Positions 23,401 through 33,831 of a stretch of DNA of 64,000 nt are shown one piece after another. Source of the stretch: Eledone cirrhosa (taxonomy: Eukaryota); assembly GCA_964016885.1 (NCBI GenBank), contig OZ024742.1, positions 275,776,001 to 275,840,000 of the forward strand, read 5' to 3'. Every line of letters starts with the position of its first letter. Position 1 is the stretch's first letter. The notes beneath the pieces were generated by a model. That model saw only the letters and a list, made by a program, of their open reading frames with translations. It ran no database searches and was not told the DNA's origin. The position numbers were made by a program, and so were the translations under genes.

Positions 23401-25285
23401 GGTTGATTGGTTTCACGCAGGAATTCCCCACGTCCTCTACAAATGTTTCTTTTAGGGATCTATAAGTTCCTATAGGGACCCTGATCAGTTTTAGGTTTGT
23501 TTTTTTTGTAGCTATCCAAAGTTTTCCCTTCGGTTTTGACCAACGGGTTGTTTTTTATGATATCCATCAGTGTTCTATTTTCTTTGTTTATGTAAGTGTA
23601 TGTGTACTTTTCCTGTGTTGTTTGTTTTTGTCTGTGGTTCCTGCGTGTGTTTTCTCTTTGGTGTGGGTGTTTTGTTTTCGGGAGGGGGAACTTTTGCTTG
23701 TGCTGTTTGTGCTGGTATTTGTGTGTTTGTTTCGTTTTTGTTCATGCGGTGCTTTCTTTTTTTTCTTTTCACGCGTTGGAAGGGTTCCTCCTCATCGCCG
23801 CTGGGTGCCGTCGATAGGGGTTCCTCATCCGTGTTGATGGGTAGGGGTATGTTTTGGGGTTCTGTAGTGTCTGTGTGTGTTTTTGTATTTGTTTTGGGTG
23901 GGATAGTGTTCTGTGTTGTTTTTTCTTGTTGTGGTGGTGGTGGTTGTGTTGTTATTTGTGGTGTCGGCAAAAGTGGTTTTCTTTTTGTCAATTGAGGACA
24001 GGCATCCTTAGGTCACCTCTGCTTGCGCAGAGGTAACATGCGGACCGCCTACCCTCAACCGAAATGTTTATGTAGATCTGTCCATCCAGAGGTACTCTTT
24101 GTGGGATTTTCGCTATACGTTCTGAGCTTATCTGCACCAGAATTTCAATGCTAGTCCCACTAAATATATCTCTGGAGGATTTTCCTACTGAGATCAAAAT
24201 GTCTTGTTCAAAGTCAATTAGGCCATAAAGTATCCACCAAATATCTACTTTGGGTCTTATGCATGTAATTTTTATTTTTAGCGTCCTTTTTCCCCATGTA
24301 TGTAGGGAAAAAGGTAAAATGGGTGGACACAATGGGCGCGATGGAATATTTTTGTGCTGTTGTTTTGTCTTTCATCAGCACCGAAATGCTGCCGAAAAGT
24401 TTGGCTTTTTGAATGAATAAAATGTTATCCATGTGGTTCCTTAAAACCAGCTCAATCTAAGATAGTTGAGCTGGTTTTTTTTATGCATTTGAGATTGTCC
24501 TGAAAACCACCGTGTTCAGGGCATTCTCTCTCCTTAGTTCTTGTGGTGAATTTATGCTAAATGACCCATTGGGTCCAAAAGTAACATATTGTTTAGCTTC
24601 TTCCAACTTTTGTTTCGCGTTGATTAAATCCAAAAGTTGAAATATTTCCTTTTTTTTTACAGTATCAGCAAAAGAAATTTTGCTGTTGTTGTCTTTCTTG
24701 TTGTCACTGTTGTTTGTATTTTCTTTGGTGTTTGTGTTGACATTTTTTTCCTTTTGATTGGTGTTGTTGGATGAATTTTCAATTTTTTCATTTTCTGTAT
24801 TTTTTGGTGTCTGTTGTGGGCTGTTATTTTCATTTTGTGTTGTGTGAATTTCCATTTCTTTTCGAAACGAAGTATTTGCTACATATATTTCCTTCTGTGT
24901 GTGGACACATGTGACGTCAGGCGTGTTCAGTTGCTTACAAGCAGCTGAAGCTTGTTCCTCTTCTAAATGTTGAGGCGAAGATGTTGGCATTCCTTTGTCT
25001 ATGTCTGCTACTACCTGTTGGTCAAGTAGGCATGGCTTTCCCTTCCCATCTTCTTGTTTTGACAAAGAAGTAGGTGCCTTTGCTTCGGCCATTTTAAAAA
25101 AAATGAAGTGTTTGGCAAAAATATTTTCGAAAATATGTTGGATGTTTTTTGCCCTGAGGGGCACAATATTTTGGGGGACTGACCAGATCAAAATTGGTAT
25201 AAAAATCAAAGTTTACAAAGACGAATTTTTAAAGAAATTTAAACAAAACTTACTGAGCAAGTTTAACACATGTGTCCATCCCAAA
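20441..25285 (-). mobile_element. Tx1-like (L1 group) LINE with both ends, ORF1 and endonuclease, but RT core deleted
   Basis: ORF1 from ATG 25092 (frameshifted, with a CYLC knuckle). ORF2 APE from 23169 (NVRGL, AYAP, GNWN), KSPGLDGLP, and C-terminal CPRC..ETIAHTFVHC. AATAAA near 20447. Confidence 0.9.
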
Positions 25286-25583
25286 TAGACAGATAGATAG
25301 ATATCACAATGGTAAATTATCTCACCAACATAAATATAATGTGGTTATATACAAGATTGTTTTAGAAAGTTATTATCAAACATTGGGATATCTTCTTTTT
25401 TATAGAATGACTTTTGATATTGATATGGTTATACTTCTGTATTAAGAGACATTTTTTTACAGAATGATTTACCACACATATCAAAACCCTTGGAAAGTAT
25501 ATGTTAAACAATGATGGCTTCTCTCCAGTATGAACACATACATATTTAGTTAAAATACAATTTTAGAAAATATATATAGATTT

Positions 25584-27377
25584 TCAAAGATCTCCCACAA
25601 TATGCATGTGCTTGTGTTTAGTTAGGGCGCTATCTTCAGAGAATGATTTACCACAGATATCACAGTGATATGGCTTTTCGCCTGTATGCATACGTTTATG
25701 TATAATTAAGGTACTATTTCGAGAATATGATTTGTCACAGATATCACAGGGATATGGCTTGTCTCCTGTATGAATATATTTGTGGGTTGTTAAATCACTA
25801 CTTTGAGAAAATGATTTACCACATATGTCACAGTAAAATGGCTTCTCTCCTGTATGAGTACGTATGTGGTTTGTTAAGGGAGTTTTATCAGAGAATGATT
25901 TACCACAAATGACACAGTGATATGGTTTCTCACCTGTGTGAATGCGTTTATGTCTAGTTAAGACATTTGTATGAGAGAATGACATGCCACAGATATCACA
26001 AAGATATAATTTATCTCTTGTATGAACACGTTTGTGTTTAGTTAAGTCACCACTTCGAAGGAATGATTTACCACAGACATCACAGTGATATGGCTTTTCT
26101 CCTGTATGAGTACGTATGTGTACAACTAATTCACTACCTCTAGAGCATGATTTACCACAGATATCACAGCGATTTGGCTGCTCACCTGTATGAATACGTT
26201 TATGATTGGTTAAGGTACCGCCTTCAGTGAATGACTTACCACAGATATCACACTGATAAGGCTTCTCTCCTGTATGAATACGCTTGTGTATAGTTAATTT
26301 ACTTCCTATAGAAAATGATTTACCACAGCTGTCACATTGATATGGTTTCTCTTTTATATGTATGGGTTTGTGTATAGTTAATTTAGTATTTGTAAATAAT
26401 AATTTACCACCGATGTCACAGTGAGTTTGCTTTTTTCTTGAATGAATGCATTTGTGATTAGTTAAGGTACCACCTTCAGAGAATGTTTCACCACAGATAT
26501 CACAATGATATGGCTTTTCTTCCGAAGGAGTATGTTTGTGCATACCTAACACATGGCTACGTTTGTGTATAGTTAAAATACTTCCAGTGGAGTAGGATTT
26601 ACCACAGATATCACAGTGATATCGTTTCTCTCCTGCATGAATACGTTTGTGTTTGGTTAAATCACCACTCTGAAAGACAGATATACCACAGATATCACAT
26701 TGATATGGCTTTACACCTGTATGCCACTCTTTGTGTTTCTGCAAGTCTGAATTTCGGGAGAATGATTTACCACAGATATCACAGCAATATGGTTTTATGC
26801 CTGTATGAATGCTTTTGTGAAATATCAAGTTATATTTTTGGGAGAATGATTTACCACAGATATCACAGTGATATGGCTTCTCGCCTGTATGAGTACGTAT
26901 GTGTATAGTTAATCTTCCCTTTGCAGAAAATGATTTACCACATATATCACATTGATATGGTTTTATTCCTGTATGAATACGTTTGTGTTCAGTTAATATA
27001 TTATTTTGAGAGAATGATTTACCACAGATATCACAGTGATATGGCTTATCGCCTGAATGAATAAGCATGTGTACAGTTAAGCTTCTATTTGCAGTAAATG
27101 TATTACCACAGATATCACAGTGATATGGTTTCTCACCTGTATGAGTACGTATGTGTGTAGTTAAGTTTCCACTTGCAGAAAATGTTTTACCACAGATGTC
27201 GCAGTGATATGGTTTTATTCCTGTATGGATGCTTTTGTGAGCACTCAACGTATCTCTTCGAGAGAAGGATGAACCACAGGTATCACAGTGATATGGCATC
27301 TCGCCTATATGAGTATGCATGTGTACAGTTAAGTTTCCATTTGTAGAAAATGTTTTACCACAGATGTCACAGTTCAT
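25584..27377 (-). CDS. Tandem C2H2 zinc-finger protein, paralog A (21 fingers, one degenerate; no KRAB-like domain). Ancestral start at 27519 is out of frame.
   Basis: 597-aa open frame of CxxC..HxxxH-TGEKPY repeats. Splice acceptor TTTCTTTATTGTTTCAG ending at 27602 is conserved with paralog B. Confidence 0.85.
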   Translation of the reverse strand: MNCDICGKTFSTNGNLTVHMHTHIGEMPYHCDTCGSSFSRRDTLSAHKSIHTGIKPYHCDICGKTFSASGNLTTHIRTHTGEKPYHCDICGNTFTANRSLTVHMLIHSGDKPYHCDICGKSFSQNNILTEHKRIHTGIKPYQCDICGKSFSAKGRLTIHIRTHTGEKPYHCDICGKSFSQKYNLIFHKSIHTGIKPYCCDICGKSFSRNSDLQKHKEWHTGVKPYQCDICGISVFQSGDLTKHKRIHAGEKRYHCDICGKSYSTGSILTIHKRSHVLGMHKHTPSEEKPYHCDICGETFSEGGTLTNHKCIHSRKKQTHCDIGGKLLFTNTKLTIHKPIHIKEKPYQCDSCGKSFSIGSKLTIHKRIHTGEKPYQCDICGKSFTEGGTLTNHKRIHTGEQPNRCDICGKSCSRGSELVVHIRTHTGEKPYHCDVCGKSFLRSGDLTKHKRVHTRDKLYLCDICGMSFSHTNVLTRHKRIHTGEKPYHCVICGKSFSDKTPLTNHIRTHTGEKPFYCDICGKSFSQSSDLTTHKYIHTGDKPYPCDICDKSYSRNSTLIIHKRMHTGEKPYHCDICGKSFSEDSALTKHKHMHIVGDL

Positions 27378-27999
27378 GAGAATTCAGTTTATATATTTTG
27401 AATAATGATTTACAGTGGTATAATGTTTTTACTATCTTGTTCAGTACCTCACTAGGAGAATCATTTCTTTCAGACTCCGATTTAATCTTAACCTCTTTCT
27501 CCCATAATTCATTTTCCATAATATATATTTTTATATCTATTCTGTAGATGTTAAATATAGATGATGCATCTGATGTAAAGATTCTTTAATACCAATGTCA
27601 TCTGAAACAATAAAGAAATTCTATAAGATATACAGGATATTTGACATGTAGAGAATCAACCCCTTTTCTTGAGCTTCAAACCCTTTTCTTTAGGAAATAA
27701 AACATTCTTTTTTTCTCTGTTAATGAGATACTACATTGAAGGAATTTTTATTTAATTATAAAACCCCAACTATTTATCTTTTTCCATGAGTTTGTGTGGT
27801 GAACTACTTAACAAGACAGTCATACCTGCCACTGTATATCATTCATGTTCAGTTTCTTTACCAGACTTTATTTTCTTTCAAAACAAACTTGCCTAAAACT
27901 ACTTGAAATTTTTTTGATTTAATAATACCAAAACTGTTGAAAAACATTTTGGTTTCATAATACTAACCCACCTGAAATTACCCATTCATATTTAAATGA

Positions 28000-29270
28000 G
28001 AACATCAATGTGAATCTCATTAGTACATGTCTGATAACATGCAATTTTCCAGGAGAAACAATTCTCAGAATTATTCCAACAATTCTTATCCCAAAACTTT
28101 TGGATATTTTTCTTCTACATTGAAATTTGAAAATTTTCAGTTACTGTTTACATTTAAAAAAATTAATATCAGCCTGACATTCATGAAAAGTGATACACAA
28201 TTTGACAGTTTTATGAAGCTGAAAAAACAAGTGGAGACTGTAAGCAAAATCACATAAGAAATTTTAGGAGAGAAAATTTGGAAGAGAACACTCTTCAAAA
28301 TTTTTCCGAAGTGTCAGAACTTCACCACAATCTTTCAAATGATAGGATGGCATGGTTTAGATAAGTCAAATAAATTTCAAACAATATATGTCAAACAAGC
28401 GCATTAAGTGGGAGTTCAAAGTCTAGAAAATTTGTGAATCATGTACTGAACATTGCTGCAGATTTATTTTTTATACAGGAAAGAGAAACAGTGTTCAAAG
28501 TTAGTATGGCCTATGGTTTAATGTAGTCTGGAAATTATCACTTCCATACCATAACCAAGACTGGATATTATATTTTGACTAGTGTTTCAGTTCAGTAGAT
28601 TTGTGATAAACTTAGAAGCTGTAGTGACAAATTCATCTACCACAATGACAGCAAATAGAAAAGGGACTGCCATTGAATATAAAAAGAACAGGATATTAAC
28701 CAATGTGAGAAAGGAAATTTAGAAGAAACTGCATAAGAAGACAAGAGGTAAATAAATTGTCTATCTTCTTGTGCTTAAACCACATGGGGATGTAAATGGT
28801 AAGCCATTTGTAAACCAAGATTGTAACAGTTTTATGGGTGATGTAGATCTGATGAATCAGATAATAAGTTATTACTTGGTTGGCAGACCAGGTAATAAGT
28901 GGTGGTAATACCTAGTCTGGTATATAGTAAATATAAGTATTGTAAATGCTTTTTTTTATGATACAGCAAATTGCAAGGTACTCAAAAGCATTGCGACCGT
29001 CTGCAGTTTCTAACAGATGTAGTATTGTGGTTCAGGGTAGGGTATTATCTGTTGGGGGAAAGCAAAAGCCAGCAGACAAATGAATATTCCTCTCAATTCA
29101 CCCAACCTAAAATAGTGTCTCATATAGGACCTCATGATGAATGTAATAACATACATGTAGAGTACAACCTGAAATAGCTCATGGGTGTCCCCACTCCACT
29201 CTTCAAAACTCAAAGAGAGGAACATGATTGAAACAAGGAAGAAGTTCAGTCCATTTATGATGACCAAATG
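28000..29270 (+). mobile_element. Highly decayed piggyBac transposase (intron of ZNF A)
   Basis: FKQYMSNKRIKWEFKV, WILYFD and FMGDVDLMNQIISYYLVGRPGNKWW..NISIVNAF resemble piggyBac core motifs. Partial paralog at 49300-49950. Confidence 0.7.
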
Positions 29271-29279
29271 TCTAATGTT

Positions 29280-30445
29280 CTTTGTGGAGACTAGTATATG
29301 AGGTTTGGAACATGGAGACAATAACAGGGAAATCAAAAGAAGTGGTGGAGGTAATGGATAGAAGAAGGATGGACCAATATTGAGTGCAGGAGATAAGATG
29401 AAAGGAAAGTGATACTAGAATAGTGAGAAGACACTGACAGAAATAGAAGTTTGTGTACCAAAAGGTTGTCTGGAAGATGTGCATGGTGTTGGTGAGTATC
29501 ATGATTTCCACAAAGTGTAAGACAGTGTAGTGAGTATGGCTAGAGTAAGTGAACAGTTGATGGTGGTTAAACTGGTGATTGGAAAGTTCTTGGTGAACAT
29601 CATATTAAGATATGCCCCACAGGCTGGTGAGAATGTTGAAGAAAAAGGGAAGTTTTGGTGTGCAATAGAGAAGATGATTGAAGATATGAAAGACAAGGAA
29701 GTTATTGTGATAGGAGGGAATTTGAATTAACATGTGGGAAGGAGTATGGGTGGTTGTGAGTGAGTCCATGGAGGTTACAAGTATGGTGTGAAGAATGAAG
29801 AGGGAGAAAGGATTTATGAGTTTGCTGATAAAGCTGAGATGTCAATCTGTAATAACCAATTCCAGAAAAAAAGAAACACTTCATGTACACAGGTGGATCG
29901 TTATAAACTGTGAACTACCTGATGGTATATGAGTGAAATAGGAAGAGTGTGAGTGAATGGAAGATGTTCCAGAAACGATGTTCCAAAGTAGTGTGGTAAT
30001 GAGGAGGGTTAGGGTTAGGGTTCAGTGTCACTGAAACTGAAACTGAAGGAAAAGGTGTAATGCACATGTGAGAAGTGCCATGATATAATGAGTGGTGAAG
30101 ATTGAAAGAACAGAAATGAGGATTTTTGCAATTATAGAGGAAAACAAACAATGAATTGCAGAGGATTATGTGCATAAAACCAGTGACGAATGTTATAAAG
30201 AGAAATGGAAGGAGATGGTTGGGTCATGTGTTGAGGAAAGATGAAAGTGACTGGATAAGAGAAGTGATAGAAATGAATGTGGAGGAAGGAGTAGACCTAG
30301 ACATGGCTAACAAAAAAGGAGGAAGTAAAAGCTAAGGATTTGGTGAGGGAGGATGCAGACAATAGGGGAAAATGGAGATGTGTCATGGGATCGACAAAGC
30401 TAATTCCTGCTTTAACAGGGAAGATGACCTGCAAAGTAAGTAGTA
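29280..30445 (+). mobile_element. Old RTE LINE remnant (APE and 3' end)
   Basis: RVSEQLMVVKLV..YAPQAG..GGNLN and RWLGHVLRK. Paralog at 49955-50500. Confidence 0.7.
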
Positions 30446-31429
30446 ACATTATGATTAAGGAATCATTATTGTGTATATTTATGTATGTGTAAATCTATTT
30501 CATTTTGTAGTTTATTATGTGTCAGTCAATTTATTTCATTTTGTAAGTATTCTTCAAACATAATCTTGACAAAGGGCAATAACCCAGGACAATATTGTCG
30601 ATTGTTTCTCTCTGTCACTGCTAGAACAAAAGGATGACATGATCATCTAATAAACATAGAATAATCAGGCTGTTTACTTGCAAACGAATCAATTATTATT
30701 ATTATCATTCAATATAAAACTCACAAATACACTTTATTACCTTTATAATGCACCTGTTTTATATACACTTAAGTTCAATTGAAAATTCAATGAGTACGAT
30801 TCTTTAATATTATAAAGCTGGATATTAGCTAATAATTCATTTTATAAGGTGATGTTCCAACATAATTTAAATAATTTTACAAAATTAACTTGTAATTTAC
30901 CTGTAATTAGAGCAGTTGTATAACAAATTTATTGAATTAACTTTTGTTAATTTAGACAAAACCTGTCAAAATTCTTGCTTACTTATTTCAGAATTTAACT
31001 GGAATACATACATGGTGTATTTTAGTTAGAAATATAGTAAGAAAAGGGCTCACAAAGCTATTGCTACAAAAGATCCCCTCATCTTCCACCCTATGTGCAC
31101 CTAGTACACTCTGTAATGTGGTAGTACTGGTACATGGAAAAACTGATGTAAAATAAACATCAAACGATGATGATCATCCTCACTTAATATGTTTTCACTG
31201 TTAGCAAGGGTTGGCTGATTTGTCACCAGCCATGACTACTAATTGGTGCAACTGACCTTTCAGATAGATGGTGGGGCTAAGGGGATTTCACTTACATACA
31301 TTCTCACAATACAGTGTGTACATGGTGCATATTAGAAGGGAGGACTGAGGATGTGATGTGAGGGACATTAGGCTTTTTTGGCAGAATATTAATTTTATAT
31401 TTTAAAATATTTAATTAAATCCTTCTGAT

Positions 31430-32260
31430 AATTAGGGTCCTGCTATGGAAGATTGTGCAGGAGTATGGGATTGATGGTCAGCTTCTTGCTGCCCTGATGT
31501 CTCTATACGAATGCCCGCGTATTTGTGTTCAGATAAATGGTTCTAAATTGAAACCATTTAATGTGGGAGTTGGATTCCGCCAAGTGTGCATACTTTCATC
31601 TCTCTTGTTCATTATTTACATGAACGGCCCTTTATGATCTGAGTTCAAATCCCACCGAGGTTAACTTTGCCTTTCATCCTTACGGGGTTGATAAAATAAA
31701 GTACCAGTAATACACTGGATAATTGCTGGCCTTGTGCCAAAAGTAGAAACAATTATTTACATGAACAGGATTGACATGTGCAGCCAGGCTGGAAGTGGTA
31801 TCATGACTGGCAGGTGTAAAACCAGTCGGCTGGAATTTGCAGACCACATGGTGTTACTTAACTTGACAGAAGGTGATCTTCGACTTGTACTTGATAGGTT
31901 TGATGCCAAGTGCTGCATGGCTGGAATGAAAATTAGTGCTGCAAAAACTGAGACACTCGTCTTCTCAAGGAAGCCTGCGCAGTGCACTCTACATGTAAAT
32001 GAAATTCCACTGAAGCAGATAGAGAAGTTCAAGTATTTCACGGCTGTGTTCAAAATGCACCAGCTTCAGTACTCAGAAGAAGGTAGGTAGGCATAAAAGG
32101 CAAACTTGTTATCTTCAATTTGGTATTCATGCCAACCTTTCCCTATGGTCATGAATCATGGTAATGTCCTGAAAAATACTTGATAGAGTGCATAGCTCGG
32201 AGATCAGAAATTCGCTCCAGGTAGAGCTGCTACTTCTCCAAATTGAGAAATCACAGCTCA
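31430..32260 (+). mobile_element. Old RTE-like LINE RT fragment
   Basis: GVGFRQVCILSSLLFIIYM, LEFADHMVLL and GMKISAAKTE. The paralog is split by Academ (52320-52576 + 58005-58590). Confidence 0.75.
31626..31751 (+). mobile_element. 5'-truncated SINE (family 1)
   Basis: TSD ATTATTTACATGAAC at 31611-31625 and 31752-31766. Empty site in paralog at ~52470. Confidence 0.85.
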
Positions 32261-32935
32261 TAGCAGCCAAATCTCCCTCATATCACACTCCAGTCCTTCC
32301 TTCTCCTATTTCATAATAACTAACAAGTCAGCTTCTACATACTACAAATAACAGCCAAATCTCCCTCACATCACACTCCAGCCCTTCTTTCTGTTATTCC
32401 CCACTAACAAGTCAGCTTCTACATACTACAAATAACAGCCAAATCTCCCTCACATCACACTACAGTCCTTCCTTCTACTATTTCCCCACTAACAAGGGAG
32501 CTTCTGGATACTACAAATAACAGCCAAATCTCCCTCACATCACACTACAGCCCTTCCTTCTGCTATTTCCCCACTAACAAGGAGCTTCTACATACTACAA
32601 ATAACAGCCAAATCTCCCTCACATCACATTCCAGCCCTTCATTCTGCTATTTCCCCACTAACAAGGGAGCTTCTACATACTACAAATAACAGCCAAATCT
32701 CCCTCACATCACACTCCAGCCCTTCCTTCTGCTATTTACTCACTAACAAGGGAGCTTCTACATACTACAAATAACAGCCAAATCTCCTTCACATCACTCC
32801 AGTCCTTTCTCCAGCTATTTCCCCACTGACAAGGGAGCTTCTACATACTACAAATAACAGCCAAATCTCCCTCACATCACACTACAGCCCTTTCTTTTGC
32901 TATTTCTCCACTAACTAACAAGTGAGCTTGTAAAT
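32261..32935. repeat. Minisatellite, ~85-bp unit x ~8
   Basis: ACAGCCAAATCTCCCTCACATCACAC-type motif recurs at 32263, 32351, 32435, 32520, 32604, 32689, 32774 and 32857. Confidence 0.95.
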
Positions 32936-33452
32936 ATCTCGACATACAAGAAATATCAGCGAAAAAAATGAAATAGTTGCTGCTTAATTTAAACGATATT
33001 AAATTTTTTTTCGGAAAATTGTAAATCGTAAATAGTTCAAAACGGATAATTCTCCCAAAATATCCGTAATCTTTTACACTTACACCCATCTCAAGTTGGA
33101 ACGAAAATGTATGTTTTTACTATGGCTGTTGATGTGCTTTGAACGAAGTCGGAAGTTACTTTTTTTATGTTTAGTATGGTCTCAGTTAATGTTATGGCTA
33201 TTTTCGTAGGATACTTATTCCGAAACTCCACCTTTTTTTTCTTTCGTTTATTTCTTTATCATTTAACGTGCTCTTACCTTGCTAGCAAGTGTTGGACGGG
33301 TAATTAGAATAATTTATTCAAAACATCCGATACATCGGATCGGTTGATTTTACTTTCATTTCAATGCAGTTATGCTTTCTAGGGAATTTGTTGTCAATGG
33401 TACCCCAAGAAAAGACGATTGAATAAAGAAAGCAATTAAGATGAATAAATAC

Positions 33453-33720
33453 CTCGTATATATTAGAGCTATTGCTGGGAAATCAGAACTGGTGGTTTGA
33501 CGTGGTGTATGCTCTCTTCTCTTCTACACTCTTTCATTCTTCGCATGTGAGTGTGTGTGTATATATATATTATAGTAGAGAAATATGACTACGTTACAAT
33601 AACATTATGTGCCATGCTTAATAGATAATTCTACAGATCGATGTGATTCGTTTGAAAATAACACTGGAGAGTTCTTTAACAACGGCAAATGCAGAATGCA
33701 ATCAATATCCGGTTGATTAT
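33453..33720 (-). promoter_or_regulatory. Putative non-coding first exon/promoter of ZNF A
   Basis: Non-repetitive-looking block conserved with 58960-59225. Donor-like GAG|GTATTT at 33453/33452 is conserved in both copies. Confidence 0.35.
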
Positions 33721-33831
33721 GCGAATTAGTAAAATATCAGTCCAAGTTGCAGACACATGTAGTTGAGTATCAATAAATGCCATCTCAGACAAAAAAAAAA
33801 TGAATGAGTTTGAGCAATATTTATAGATTGC

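Noticed and set aside
23570-23995. Hydrophobic Cys/Phe/Val-rich ORFs resembling membrane proteins
   Set aside because: Antisense shadow of the A/C-rich Tx1 ORF1.
25727-26908. Short repetitive plus-strand ORFs ([11 protein letters not shown]...)
   Set aside because: Antisense frames of the zinc-finger repeats. The same applies at 46062 and 47013.
30006-30022. GGGTTAGGGTTAGGGTT telomere-like motif
   Set aside because: Fewer than three units, within a decayed LINE, and not kept in the paralog.
32261-32935. Regularly spaced repeats as a CRISPR-like array
   Set aside because: Whole units repeat with no unique spacers, the context is eukaryotic, and there are no cas genes.
33260-33300. Strong splice donor AAG|GTAAGA on the minus strand
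   Set aside because: Lies in a degenerate RTE 3' tail and is weakened to GTAGGA in the paralog. Cannot be supported without transcripts.
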